Of a DNA stretch of 64,000 bases, positions 9,035-18,863 are shown piece by piece. Both the position numbers and the translations under genes were made by a program. How positions within the stretch are numbered: the stretch's first letter is position 1; the number at the start of each line of letters is the position of its first letter. Source of the stretch: Polyangiaceae bacterium. GTDB lineage: Bacteria > Myxococcota_A > Polyangia > Polyangiales > Polyangiaceae. The notes below the pieces were generated by a model that made no database searches, was not told the origin of the DNA, and saw only the letters and a list, made by a program, of their open reading frames with translations. The stretch is from NCBI GenBank assembly GCA_033763455.1, contig JANRKO010000006.1, forward strand, positions 544,001-608,000, written 5' to 3'.

Positions 9035-11137
9035 TTACTCTAGAAGCTGCGTGGTGCGGATGCCGCGAATGGGCCAGAGGGTGATGTGGGTGCGGCCCAG
9101 GTGAGCCTTTTGGAAGGGACCCGGCAAGAGGGCTTCGGGGTTGTAGGGCTGTCCGCGGAAATCTTTGTCGACGCCTGCAACGGGGGAGCACTTTACCTTG
9201 AAGAGGTTTTCGTCGAAATCGAACTGCCAGGAGACGTTGCGTGAGCCGAGGCCGTCCCGGTTGGTTTTCATTTCGGCGCTGTTGGCTTCGTGCCCGAGAA
9301 CTCTCCAGAGCTCCAAGGGAAGCAGGAAATTTTCCTTCCACCATTTGAAGTTGGGCCAATCTTCGCGCGGAATGCCGTGTTTTTCGAGCTCTGCTTGGAA
9401 CATGCTCGCGACGTAGTCTGGCGTTTGTGCGGGGCCAACCGCCCATTCAGGTTCTTGGCCCATGTGGGATTTATTCGTCACCTGAAAGAGCGGGCGCGAA
9501 GCCTTTGAGCCTTCATCGAGGTACTCGCCGCCACCCATAAAGAGGTTGCCGTCGGAGACGTTGCGGCCACCACAGCTGTACGGGATGGGGTACCCAATGG
9601 CCCCCACGCGGTTGCCGAGGATGAGATTGTTGAAGATTTTGAGATCCCAGCAGCCATCTTCAGGCTTCACCCGTGGCGTGCAATACGCAAACCAGAAGCC
9701 GAAATTGGCGTTTGCGTAGACGAGGTTGTGCGCGAACGTTACGTCTGCCAAATCGTGCCCATAGATGCCGTTTCCTTGGCGAGTGAAGGCAATGATGTTG
9801 TTGTCGACCAGGGCGGGGCCGCGGCCAAGCTCTACGTTGATGCCGCTCCACATGTTGTTCAAGATCACGTTGCGGGTGACTCGCGTGTCGTTCCACTGAT
9901 TATCGAGCCAGATGCCGTGAGCCTCGTTGTCGCGTACAAGGTTGCCCTCGATGAGCCCTTCGTAGATCTGGTGGAATTTGATGCCGGCAAACTCCCAGTA
10001 CGGGGAAGTGTAGCCGGTGCGGTTGTTGCGTTCGACTACATTGCCGATCACCTGCGTGCGATAGTGCCCGATACCTGTGAGGCCGCAGTGCCCATTATCC
10101 GCGATGCGGTTATCGCGAATGATGTGATTGCCAGGGATGTCCTCGGGGAACTTCCCCTCGCGGAAGCATCGATTTACCTTGCCGCAAACGTCCCCCAAGG
10201 GCCCGCGGTTTTCAATGATCTCCTTGCGGCCTTCCGATCCGCAATCGATGCCCACACTCTTGGCGTAACGCACGGTATTTTGTTCAATGATCCAGTGGTG
10301 GCCGCTGCGCGTGGAGAGGATCCCGATTTGCGCGAATGCGTTGTCGCCCCAACAGGGAAAGTGGTTCGCACCGTGCTCGATGATAAAGCCGCGCACTGTG
10401 ATGTAGCCCAAGCCTCGTTCGAGAGGGGCGAACACCGTGTGCCGGGTGGCGAGCTCTACTAGGCGCTCTTCCTTCGGGATGTCGGACTCCGGGAAATGCA
10501 CAAGCAGGCTCTCGCCATCGAGATCCACCAGCCAAGTGCCTGGTAATTCGTAGAGCTCCTTGAGCTCCTGCACCTCGGTAAGCGGCCTGCCATCGATGAA
10601 GATTTGGCCGAGCGTGGTCGGGATACGATCTGGATTTTCGATGTTGCGGTGGTTCAATACCAAGCCCGAGGATTTGTCGTCTGGGCGCACCTCTTGATTG
10701 GGCACGAAGGGCCGAACCACGTGGCCGCGGTTGAAGTTGCGTTTGTAGGGGTTGCAGTCGCCAAAAGTGGCCGTGTCTACGTGGCCTGCATACGCCTGCG
10801 CACCGAACATGGAGCTCGGGATAGCGCCGCGAAAAACGCTGGGATGATCGGCAAGCGGTTGCCAGGTGGGTCGATATTCATCAGAACCGCGCAGAAACAC
10901 TTGCTCACCAGGCGCGGCTTCGTACGTGATGCGCGCCGTGGGTGTACCGCCGCGTTTGGGATCGACCCGTTCGCGGTAGATGCCGGCGTGCACGCGCACG
11001 GTATCTCCAGGTTCAGCTAACTCGGCGGCGCGATTGACCGTCAGAAAAGGGCTTTCGAGCGTGCCAGGGTTCTTGTCGCTCGCGCTCGGGTGGCGTTGAT
11101 TCACGTGCAGAAGGCGGCCAGATGCAGTTTGAGTCAT
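9035..11137 (-). CDS. Right-handed parallel beta-helix protein, GH120 beta-xylosidase-like
   Basis: GT..SPFLTVNRAA..A.PGDTVRVHAGIYRE.V.P, HWIIE.N, AGIKFH, GIWLD.Q...TRV, resembling XylC-type GH120; no signal peptide. Confidence 0.75.
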   Translation of the reverse strand: MTQTASGRLLHVNQRHPSASDKNPGTLESPFLTVNRAAELAEPGDTVRVHAGIYRERVDPKRGGTPTARITYEAAPGEQVFLRGSDEYRPTWQPLADHPSVFRGAIPSSMFGAQAYAGHVDTATFGDCNPYKRNFNRGHVVRPFVPNQEVRPDDKSSGLVLNHRNIENPDRIPTTLGQIFIDGRPLTEVQELKELYELPGTWLVDLDGESLLVHFPESDIPKEERLVELATRHTVFAPLERGLGYITVRGFIIEHGANHFPCWGDNAFAQIGILSTRSGHHWIIEQNTVRYAKSVGIDCGSEGRKEIIENRGPLGDVCGKVNRCFREGKFPEDIPGNHIIRDNRIADNGHCGLTGIGHYRTQVIGNVVERNNRTGYTSPYWEFAGIKFHQIYEGLIEGNLVRDNEAHGIWLDNQWNDTRVTRNVILNNMWSGINVELGRGPALVDNNIIAFTRQGNGIYGHDLADVTFAHNLVYANANFGFWFAYCTPRVKPEDGCWDLKIFNNLILGNRVGAIGYPIPYSCGGRNVSDGNLFMGGGEYLDEGSKASRPLFQVTNKSHMGQEPEWAVGPAQTPDYVASMFQAELEKHGIPREDWPNFKWWKENFLLPLELWRVLGHEANSAEMKTNRDGLGSRNVSWQFDFDENLFKVKCSPVAGVDKDFRGQPYNPEALLPGPFQKAHLGRTHITLWPIRGIRTTQLLE

Positions 11138-11207
11138 GGGAAGGCGAGCCTACTCTAGGCTCGCACCACCGCGAAACCGGGTATTCTAAGTTATGCGTAG
11201 TTCGGCC

Positions 11208-11612
11208 TTAGGCCATTGCGCGTCGCTTGCCGCGTAGCACGACTTGATATTCAGAAACGTCGAAGCCCTCTAACTGCTCGACATGCTTTACCTGAAGGCG
11301 TTCCCAGGGGATGTCAAATATCTCGCCTGTTTGTTCATCAACGAGGTGATGGTGCGGCGCCATGACCGGATCAAACACAACTTTCCCCTCTGTGAGCACC
11401 AACTCACGCAGGAGGCCCGTTTCGACAAATAGGTTGAGAGTGTTGTAGACCGTAGCGCGCGAAACCATAGGGAAGTGCTCGCGCACGCGGGCCCAAACCG
11501 CATCCGCGGAAGGGTGTTCGCTTGTCTTCAACACGTAGTCTGCGACCGCTAGGCGCTGCGCGGAGGGGGTAATGCCGCGACTCTTCAGCAAATCGACCGG
11601 TGGTACGCTCAC
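11208..11612 (-). CDS. Fur-family transcriptional regulator (Irr/PerR-like, Cys-free)
   Basis: HPSAD, SRATVYNTL, HHH motif, no CxxC pairs. Confidence 0.88.
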   Translation of the reverse strand: MSVPPVDLLKSRGITPSAQRLAVADYVLKTSEHPSADAVWARVREHFPMVSRATVYNTLNLFVETGLLRELVLTEGKVVFDPVMAPHHHLVDEQTGEIFDIPWERLQVKHVEQLEGFDVSEYQVVLRGKRRAMA

Positions 11613-11615
11613 GCA

Positions 11616-11632
11616 TTTAGACTAAGTCTAAC
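11616..11632. promoter_or_regulatory. Fur-family operator (perfect 7-1-7 inverted repeat TTAGACT-A-AGTCTAA)
   Basis: AT-rich palindrome at 11617-11631, 4 nt from the start codon of the Fur-family gene. Confidence 0.7.
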
Positions 11633-11762
11633 TCCCCGGATCGTCAAGAAAGGCCGGAAAACGGTGAGATTCGGGACTCGGGTACCTTGGCCGCAACGAC
11701 GGAGCCCTCGGGCTTTGGGTTCGCACTTGCCCAGGGAACGTGGGGTCGATTATCCGGACGCG

Positions 11763-13061
11763 ATGCCTCGAATCACAGATCTGGTTGCGCGCGACATTCG
11801 TTTCCCCACTTCTCGTCATCTGGACGGCTCCGACGCAATGAACCCCGACCCAGATTATTCGGCCGCTTACGTCACGCTAAAGACGGACGACCCCGAAGGC
11901 CGAGAAGGCAGCGGGATGACCTTCACGATTGGACGAGGCAACCAACTGTGCGTGGCCGCCATCGAGGCGCTGAAACCTCTTGTTGTGGGGCGCACTCTCG
12001 AATCCTTCACCGAAGATATGGGGAAATTCTGGCACCACATTACGGGTGACAGCCAGCTCCGTTGGGTGGGCCCAGACAAGGGCGTGATCCACTTGGCAAC
12101 GGCTGCTGTGGTTAACGCGGTGTGGGACCTCTGGGGTAAGATGGAAAAGAAGCCGGTGTGGCGGCTCGTGGCCGATTTTACCCCCGAAGAATTCGTGAGG
12201 TGTATTGATTTTTCGTACATCGAAGACGCCATCACCAAAGAAGAGGCGATTGCGATCCTCACGAAGAACCAGGTCGGCAAAGCCGCACGCATCGCCGAGA
12301 TGGAGGCGAACGGCTACCCCACCTACACTACCTCCGCAGGTTGGCTTGGCTATTCTGATGAGAAACTGCGCACCTTGTGCCGCGGCTTGATGGCGCGCGG
12401 TTGGAAGAACTTTAAGATCAAAGTGGGGCGCGATCTGGCGGACGATATTCGCCGTTGCAGCATTTTGCGCGAGGAAATTGGGCCGGATGGCATCTTGATG
12501 GTGGACGCCAATCAGGTGTGGGGAGTGAACCAGGCCATCGAATGGATGAAACACCTGGTGCAGTACAAGCCCCACTTCATTGAGGAGCCCACCAGCCCCG
12601 ATGACATCTTGGGCCACGCCGCGATCGCGAAAGCTGTGGCTCCCGTGAAAGTTGCCACCGGGGAGATGTGCCACAACCGCGTGATGTTCAAGCAATTCAT
12701 GCAGGCGGGCGGCATGGGGATCTGCCAGATCGATTCCTGCCGTTTGGGCGGCGTGAACGAGATCTTGAGCGTGCTTTTGATGGCCAAAAAATTCAATATT
12801 CCGGTTTGGCCGCACGCGGGTGGTGTTGGGCTTTGCGAATACGTGCAGCACCTCTCAGTGATTGATTACGTGTGCGTGAGTGCCGATCTCACGGGACGCC
12901 TCACCGAATACGCCGATCACCTGCACGAGCACTTTGTGGATCCGATCGTGACCAAGAACGGCAACTACATGCCGCCGAAGGCTCCGGGCTACAGCGCGAC
13001 GATGTTGCCCGCCACTTTGGAGGAATTTGCGTTCCCCAAGGGGAAGGCCTGGCAGAGCTGA
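11763..13061 (+). CDS. fucD: L-fuconate dehydratase (enolase superfamily)
   Basis: DGSDAMNPDPDYSAAYV, KIKVG, DANQ, IEEP, TGE, PHAGGVGL. Confidence 0.88.
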   Translation: MPRITDLVARDIRFPTSRHLDGSDAMNPDPDYSAAYVTLKTDDPEGREGSGMTFTIGRGNQLCVAAIEALKPLVVGRTLESFTEDMGKFWHHITGDSQLRWVGPDKGVIHLATAAVVNAVWDLWGKMEKKPVWRLVADFTPEEFVRCIDFSYIEDAITKEEAIAILTKNQVGKAARIAEMEANGYPTYTTSAGWLGYSDEKLRTLCRGLMARGWKNFKIKVGRDLADDIRRCSILREEIGPDGILMVDANQVWGVNQAIEWMKHLVQYKPHFIEEPTSPDDILGHAAIAKAVAPVKVATGEMCHNRVMFKQFMQAGGMGICQIDSCRLGGVNEILSVLLMAKKFNIPVWPHAGGVGLCEYVQHLSVIDYVCVSADLTGRLTEYADHLHEHFVDPIVTKNGNYMPPKAPGYSATMLPATLEEFAFPKGKAWQS

Positions 13062-13115
13062 GCTGGGGCAAGGCTCGCGCGCTACCGCAGAACGCGGCAG
13101 AGAGCTCAGCGCGCC

Positions 13116-14033
13116 CTACCCCTGCCGCGTCGACATGTAGGCTTGTTCGAGGCTATTTCCGGGGCGTACCTCTAAGAGGCGTGCCCCGGCCTCCAGTAGC
13201 CGGGGGATGACGATGTTATTCACATCAGCCACGGACATGCCAGTAGGCCCTTCCACTTGGAGAGAGCTGCCGTTGGCTTGAACGTGCATTCCCGGCAGGT
13301 CGAGCTGAAGTGGGGCTTCGAGGTGATAGGTGACGTGGGCCGAGCGCTGCGTGACTTCGCTCAATGAACCCGAGAGCACGAGCTTGCCGCGTTGCAGGAA
13401 GATCACGTGGTCGCACACGTTTTCGAGCTCCGCTAAATTGTGCGAACTTACGATGAGCGTGCGTTCGCCGCGTTGAGCCAAAATGAGCTCGCGCATTTGC
13501 AAAACGAGCTCTGGATCTAGCCCGTTGGTGGGTTCATCTAGCAGCACGAGTTCGGGCCTGCCGAGCAACGCTTGCCCCACGGCCACCCGGCGCTTCATCC
13601 CGTGCGAAAGCTGGCGCAGCTTAGCACCTTGGCGATCGAGGAGGCCCACGCGTTCCAAGATCCTATCCGTATCGCGCAGCGCCGCGCCGTGACTCATGCC
13701 TTGAAGCCGTGCGAAGTGCACAAGGATTTCGCGCACGGTACTGTGTGGCGCGAGCTCGCAATCCTGAGGGACGACGGTGACTTTGCCGGCGTGTTTGTTC
13801 GGATCGAATGGCCCCATGCCGAGGATGTCGAGGGAGCCACTGTCGGCGTGAATGAGGCCAGCAAAAATGCTGAAAGCAGTGGTCTTGCCGGCGCCGTTGG
13901 GCCCGATGAGGCCGGTGATGCTGCCTTTGGGAATGTCGACGGTGAGCCCATCGAGCGCACGCAATTTCCCATAACGTTTGACTACCGCGTGGGCACGCAG
14001 CGCATAGCTGGTAGGCATCCTACTGCTAACCAT
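13116..14033 (-). CDS. ABC transporter ATP-binding protein
   Basis: GPNGAGKT, LSHGMKRR, LLDEPTNGLD. Confidence 0.92.
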   Translation of the reverse strand: MVSSRMPTSYALRAHAVVKRYGKLRALDGLTVDIPKGSITGLIGPNGAGKTTAFSIFAGLIHADSGSLDILGMGPFDPNKHAGKVTVVPQDCELAPHSTVREILVHFARLQGMSHGAALRDTDRILERVGLLDRQGAKLRQLSHGMKRRVAVGQALLGRPELVLLDEPTNGLDPELVLQMRELILAQRGERTLIVSSHNLAELENVCDHVIFLQRGKLVLSGSLSEVTQRSAHVTYHLEAPLQLDLPGMHVQANGSSLQVEGPTGMSVADVNNIVIPRLLEAGARLLEVRPGNSLEQAYMSTRQG

Positions 14034-14928
14034 CGCGCCTCGAAAACCGCCAATACCCGAGCGTGAAGAAGAGGGCTCCGAGGCCGAGCAACATGACCTC
14101 CGCCGACAATCGAGACAGAACCTCAGGACGCCACAAGTCTAAACGGTGGGCGCCCGGAAAAAGCTCCTGCAACGTAGGAATGAGCACCGGCGCTTTGGCG
14201 CGCACCTTCTCGATATCCAGCAGATGGTAGCCTGCGGTGAACGCAAACCACAGGAGAATGCCGCCCGCCCGCGCCAGATTCACCGACGGGGTAAGCTGGG
14301 ACACCAGAAACGCAACTCCGAGGAAGGCGAACCCAAAAAAACACGTTCGGAGCGACAAAACGGCCGTCCAATACGCCGTCCCAAGTGGGTCGAATGAGGC
14401 GAAACTAAAAGCTCCGAGCACGTAGCAAGCCAGGCCGCCCAGGAAGACGCCCACCACCATGAGCCCCACTTGCCCGAAGAATTTCCCTAACGCAAAGCTC
14501 AGCTTGTCGCAGCGGAAAAGCGAGTAGCGCACGGCTCCTGTCGAAACCTCCAGCGCGATGGTATCGCTCGCACTGAGAACCACCAAAAGCGGCACCAACC
14601 CAAGCGCGAACGCGCCGTAGAATAATGCGAGTGGTGGCAGAGTCACCAGCTCTTCGGCGAGCTTCGCGTCACCCACCATGCCAGTGAGGATCCTCCGAAA
14701 CTGATCGCTCTCGAAAAGCGTCGAGGTCATGGTGCCCACCTGGGCCGTGCGCGCCACTGCTAGCGTATCCGCCAACGCACCTTCGATTGCCTCCACTGTG
14801 CGAATGAAGAGCGCCGTGCCGGCGAGCGACGCAGTCAGGTAAAGGATCAAAAGTGCGAGCGCCTTCTTCGAGCGCATCGCGTCCCACAGCTCAAAGCGGG
14901 CAACCAGGGCTATGGAGCGGAGCTTCAT
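14026..14928 (-). CDS. ABC-2 type transporter permease
   Basis: About 6 TM segments, E.STG motif, overlaps the ATPase gene. Confidence 0.8.
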   Translation of the reverse strand: MKLRSIALVARFELWDAMRSKKALALLILYLTASLAGTALFIRTVEAIEGALADTLAVARTAQVGTMTSTLFESDQFRRILTGMVGDAKLAEELVTLPPLALFYGAFALGLVPLLVVLSASDTIALEVSTGAVRYSLFRCDKLSFALGKFFGQVGLMVVGVFLGGLACYVLGAFSFASFDPLGTAYWTAVLSLRTCFFGFAFLGVAFLVSQLTPSVNLARAGGILLWFAFTAGYHLLDIEKVRAKAPVLIPTLQELFPGAHRLDLWRPEVLSRLSAEVMLLGLGALFFTLGYWRFSRRDG

Positions 14929-15752
14929 GGGGTTGGTTGAGAAGCCGAGCCCGAGGGGGCTGGAGGAAAAGCGGTGCCAGCATCACTAGCTTCACGGCGA
15001 GCTCTCATCGTTTCTGCGGCGCCTTTGAACATTTCTAGGTCCACATAGTTCCAAATTTGCTTGCTTGGGGCATCGACCTTTTCGAGCGGTTCGGGGCCGA
15101 CCGTGGCCTCGAACTCCGTTTGGCCTTTGTACAGAATGGCGCTCACTTCTTGGCTTACATAGAGGAGCTCCAGCGGTTGGGGCTCTTGCTCGGCTGAGGC
15201 GAGCTGTGTGAGCTGATCCGCGAAGGGAGCGAGCTCTTTGTTCATCTTGAGAACCACTTCATCCACGCGTGCAAGCTGCTCGTCGCTAAGGTTGGCCTTT
15301 TCCTTGAGAGCTGCGCGTGACTGTTGAGCGCGCACCTTCTGAACGGCAGCGGCTGCTTCAAAGCCCTCCCGGCGTTGCCTTTCGTTGCCATCGTCTGACT
15401 CTGACACTTCGGACGGCGGATTGGGGCGAGGCTCCTCGCTCGTGGGCGCCCCTTCGCGCTCCCGAGGCGGACGCCACCAACGGCGAGGGCGTTCCTCGCG
15501 GGGGCGCTCTTTGGGCTGATTGCCAGCTGCGTTGCCGGATCCGGGGCGTTGCCCCAAATCACCGAAACCTGGGATTGGAAGGAAGCGAGCGCTGGAACCA
15601 GAAGAGCGACGCCCACTCTTCAGCTGCTCGCGTGCGTCGCTTAACTCCGTACGGAGTTGCTCGGCTTCGATGCGTGGGCGAACACCACCGAGCAGGAACC
15701 CAACTACGAGGCCCACGACACTTCCTCCCAGGATCAGGCTGCCTCGACGCAT
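14925..15752 (-). CDS. Membrane-anchored hypothetical protein, first gene of the ABC operon
   Basis: N-terminal TM, coiled coil, 4-bp overlap with permease. Confidence 0.65.
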   Translation of the reverse strand: MRRGSLILGGSVVGLVVGFLLGGVRPRIEAEQLRTELSDAREQLKSGRRSSGSSARFLPIPGFGDLGQRPGSGNAAGNQPKERPREERPRRWWRPPREREGAPTSEEPRPNPPSEVSESDDGNERQRREGFEAAAAVQKVRAQQSRAALKEKANLSDEQLARVDEVVLKMNKELAPFADQLTQLASAEQEPQPLELLYVSQEVSAILYKGQTEFEATVGPEPLEKVDAPSKQIWNYVDLEMFKGAAETMRARREASDAGTAFPPAPSGSASQPTP

Positions 15753-15824
15753 GGGCGAAGTGTAAGGTCGCCGGGAGCGCGGGAGGAGGGGTGAGCTCCG
15801 AAAATGAGTGTTCCTGGGGGCTGA

Positions 15825-16652
15825 TTAAGCGCGAGCCTCGGCCGGGTAACGCATTTTCTGGGGGGAATCGAGCTGGATAATGCCAACGGCGGCGAGGAGT
15901 CGAATCACCGGATAGGTGGGGTCGAGCTCAAAGCGGCGCACGGCGAAGTTCGGCGACATCGCGAATTTGTGGTGGTTGTTCTGGAACAGCTCGCCCATGC
16001 ATAGGAAATCAATGGGGAGGGCGTTCGTGGAATCATCGTCGTTTTTGTAGTTGCGGTAGCCGTATTTGTGCCCGCCCCAATTGACCATGGCGCCGTGGAT
16101 TGGGCCCATGATGAAGTGCAGAGGCAGGAGGGCAAACATCCAGGCGGCGGTCGCGAACTTGAAATAGAAAAGCGTGTAAAGAGCTATCCAACTGAGGCGC
16201 ATGATCCAGTTCTGGCTCAAGCGATCGAGCGCGGGCCAATCAGGCACGTTGGTAACAAAACGTGGCTCGGGCTCTTCGCGACGATAGGCGAATTTATCGT
16301 ACCGGAGCTTGGTTGCCCACATCATCGAGAATGCGTTGCGGTAGAACCTCGGGGAATGCGGATCTCGCTCGGTATCGCTGTATGCGTGGTGCATGCGGTG
16401 GATAATGGCGTACGCACGCGTCGACAGAAAGCTTGAGCCCTGCGCGAGGAAGGTTCCCAGGTGGAATGCCCTTTCCCAGCCCTGGCTCATGGTGAACTGC
16501 TGATGCGCGCCGTAGCGATGCAAGAAGAAGCTCTGGAAAAACACACTCACTTGCCAGTGAACGATGAAGGCGATGATGATGATCACGATAGTTCCGGGGG
16601 GGGCGGCTAGAGGTTCCGGAGCTTGGCCCATCCGGCGCCTCCGGACTGTCAT
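15825..16652 (-). CDS. Acyl-CoA/fatty acid desaturase
   Basis: His boxes HRYGAH, HRMHH, QNNHH; DPHSP; true start may be 16631 or 16586. Confidence 0.88.
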   Translation of the reverse strand: MTVRRRRMGQAPEPLAAPPGTIVIIIIAFIVHWQVSVFFQSFFLHRYGAHQQFTMSQGWERAFHLGTFLAQGSSFLSTRAYAIIHRMHHAYSDTERDPHSPRFYRNAFSMMWATKLRYDKFAYRREEPEPRFVTNVPDWPALDRLSQNWIMRLSWIALYTLFYFKFATAAWMFALLPLHFIMGPIHGAMVNWGGHKYGYRNYKNDDDSTNALPIDFLCMGELFQNNHHKFAMSPNFAVRRFELDPTYPVIRLLAAVGIIQLDSPQKMRYPAEARA

Positions 16653-16670
16653 AGTTCTGTAAGAATCAAC

Positions 16671-18803
16671 CTACGTGCGACCCAAGCTAAAAAGCAAGAC
16701 CGAGTGCGGGGGCACATTGATGCCTTGGGCGCGGTTGGCCTTCACTCCCACCTTCGTGTTCTTCGGCGGTGAAGCGGTGTTGATGAGTTCGTACCAGGTG
16801 CCGGTAGTCGGGATTTTCGGAAAATCGAAGTGTTGCACGCGGTTGCCGGCGTTGAACATGAGAAACAGCGTGCGGCCCTTGTTGGGGCGGCCACGTTCGT
16901 CGATCTCGTCGGAGGCGTCGCCCGGAATGAGTACGGAAATTGCGCGATTCTGCGGGTCGTGCCAATTTTCGATGGTCATCTCTTCGCCATCGGGGCGGCG
17001 CCAAGATACATCTTTGACGCCGTCGTCCCCAACTGGATTACCCGCAAAGTAGCGGCGGCGGCGAAACACGGGGTTCCCCACGCGGAGCTGGAATAGGAGC
17101 TTCGTAAAGTCCAACAAATCTTTCTCGGACTCCGAAAGATCCCAATGGATCCAGGAAAGCTCGTTGTCCTGGCAATAAGCGTTATTGTTGCCTCGTTGGG
17201 TGCGCCCGAGCTCATCGCCATGCGAAAGCATGGGCACCCCCTGAGAGAAGGCTAGGGTGGCTAGGAAGTTGCGCTGCATGCGCTCGCGCATGCGCAGTAT
17301 TTGGCGGTTTTTTGTCTCGCCTTCCACGCCCCAGTTGCGCGCGTAGTTGTCGTTGGCTCCGTCGCGATTGTCTTCGCCGTTGGCCTCGTTGTGTTTACTC
17401 TCGTAGCTTACAAGATCTTGGAGGGAAAAGCCGTCGTGGCAGGTTACGAAGTTGACGCTAGCGAATGGCCCGCGGTCACTCGGTTGGAAGATGTCGCTTG
17501 AGCCGGTAACCCGAGAAGCTAACTCCGGCACCATGCCTTCATCGCAGCGCCAGAACCTCCGCACGCAGTCGCGGTAGCGGCCATTCCACTCAACCCAGAG
17601 CGGAGGAAAGGCTCCGAGGCGGTAACCCCCGGGCCCGAGATCCCACGGTTCGGCGATGAGCTTCACGCGCGATAGAACCGGATCCTGCTGGATAGTGGAA
17701 AAGAAGCGCGCATAGGGGTCAAATTCTACTCCGCGATCCCGAGCGAGGGTCGGGGCGAGGTCGAAACGAAAACCGTCGACGTGCATTTCGTTAACCCAAT
17801 ATCGCAAGCTGTCCAAGATGAGCTGCAGCGTGCGCGGATGCGAGACGTTCAGACTATTGCCGCATCCGGTGAAGTCTTCATAGTAGCGAGGGTGCGCAGG
17901 AGCGTGCCGGTAATACGAGGGGCTATCCACTCCGCGCAGGCACAAGGTGGGGCCAAGCTCGCTCCCTTCACCGGTATGATTGTAGACTACGTCCAGAATG
18001 ACTTCGATGCCGACCCGGTGAAACGCCTTCACCATCGTCTTGAATTCGTCCACCTGCGCTCCCATAGCCCCGGTTGCGTAGCGGGGATCGGGCGCAAAAA
18101 AGCCGATGGTGTTGTAGCCCCAGTAGTTGGTGAAACCGAGATCTTGCAGGCGCTTATCGGAGGAGGGGTGCTGTACGGGCAAGAGCTCCACGGCTGTCAC
18201 CCCAAGCTCCAAGAGGTGATCCAAAATCGGATCCGAAGCAAGGCCCAAATACGTTCCGCGCAGGTGTTTGGGCACTCGTGGATGTAGCATGGTCATCCCC
18301 TTCACGTGGCACTCATAAATGATGCTGCGGCTCCACGGAGTTTGCGGGCGTTTATCGTCGCCCCAGGTAAACGCCGTATCTACCACTACGGACTTGGGAA
18401 TAGCCTTGGCACTGTCGGTTTCCGAGAAGCTTAAATCGAGGTCCGGGCTGTCGAGGTTGTAGCCGAAGACCTCGGGCGTCCACTCAAAGGTTCCGGCAAT
18501 GGCATAGGCGTAGGGGTCGACCACGAGCTTGTTGGGATTGAAGCGATGGCCCTGTTCCGGCGCGTAACGCCCGTGGACGCGATAGGCGTAAAGTTGCCCC
18601 GGGCGAACATCCGGCAGGTAAGCATGCCAAACGCTGTTGGAGCGCTCTGAAAGTGGGATCCTCACCGACTCGCGCGTAGCGTTCGGTGAATCGAACAAGC
18701 ACAGATCAACACCCGTGGCATTTTGAGAGAAGATGGCAAAGTTGACGCCCTCTCCGTCCCATGTTGCTCCCAGGGGGGCTCCTTCTCCAGGCCAAACGCG
18801 CAT
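16671..18803 (-). CDS. glgX: Glycogen debranching enzyme GlgX (GH13)
   Basis: NYWGYNT, DVVYNH, DGFRFDLA, IAEPWD, TCHDGF. Confidence 0.96.
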   Translation of the reverse strand: MRVWPGEGAPLGATWDGEGVNFAIFSQNATGVDLCLFDSPNATRESVRIPLSERSNSVWHAYLPDVRPGQLYAYRVHGRYAPEQGHRFNPNKLVVDPYAYAIAGTFEWTPEVFGYNLDSPDLDLSFSETDSAKAIPKSVVVDTAFTWGDDKRPQTPWSRSIIYECHVKGMTMLHPRVPKHLRGTYLGLASDPILDHLLELGVTAVELLPVQHPSSDKRLQDLGFTNYWGYNTIGFFAPDPRYATGAMGAQVDEFKTMVKAFHRVGIEVILDVVYNHTGEGSELGPTLCLRGVDSPSYYRHAPAHPRYYEDFTGCGNSLNVSHPRTLQLILDSLRYWVNEMHVDGFRFDLAPTLARDRGVEFDPYARFFSTIQQDPVLSRVKLIAEPWDLGPGGYRLGAFPPLWVEWNGRYRDCVRRFWRCDEGMVPELASRVTGSSDIFQPSDRGPFASVNFVTCHDGFSLQDLVSYESKHNEANGEDNRDGANDNYARNWGVEGETKNRQILRMRERMQRNFLATLAFSQGVPMLSHGDELGRTQRGNNNAYCQDNELSWIHWDLSESEKDLLDFTKLLFQLRVGNPVFRRRRYFAGNPVGDDGVKDVSWRRPDGEEMTIENWHDPQNRAISVLIPGDASDEIDERGRPNKGRTLFLMFNAGNRVQHFDFPKIPTTGTWYELINTASPPKNTKVGVKANRAQGINVPPHSVLLFSLGRT

Positions 18804-18863
18804 TATTCTGCCTTCTTACCCGATCCAGCGCGCGACTGCGAAGGGGGAAGGTTTTGCGCTTCG

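Noticed and set aside
11175..11202. dif-like site (minus strand ACTACGCATAA)
   Set aside because: Only a XerC-like arm; no TTATGT-type XerD arm at 6-bp spacing
11877..12851. Long alternative-frame ORFs (for example 324 aa here, 291 aa at 26038-26913, 261 aa at 4193-4978)
   Set aside because: Shadow ORFs expected from high-GC codon bias; they overlap well-supported genes and show no motifs
16596..16603. G8 tract as a phase-variation switch for the desaturase
   Set aside because: Short for a GC-rich genome and possibly upstream of the true start
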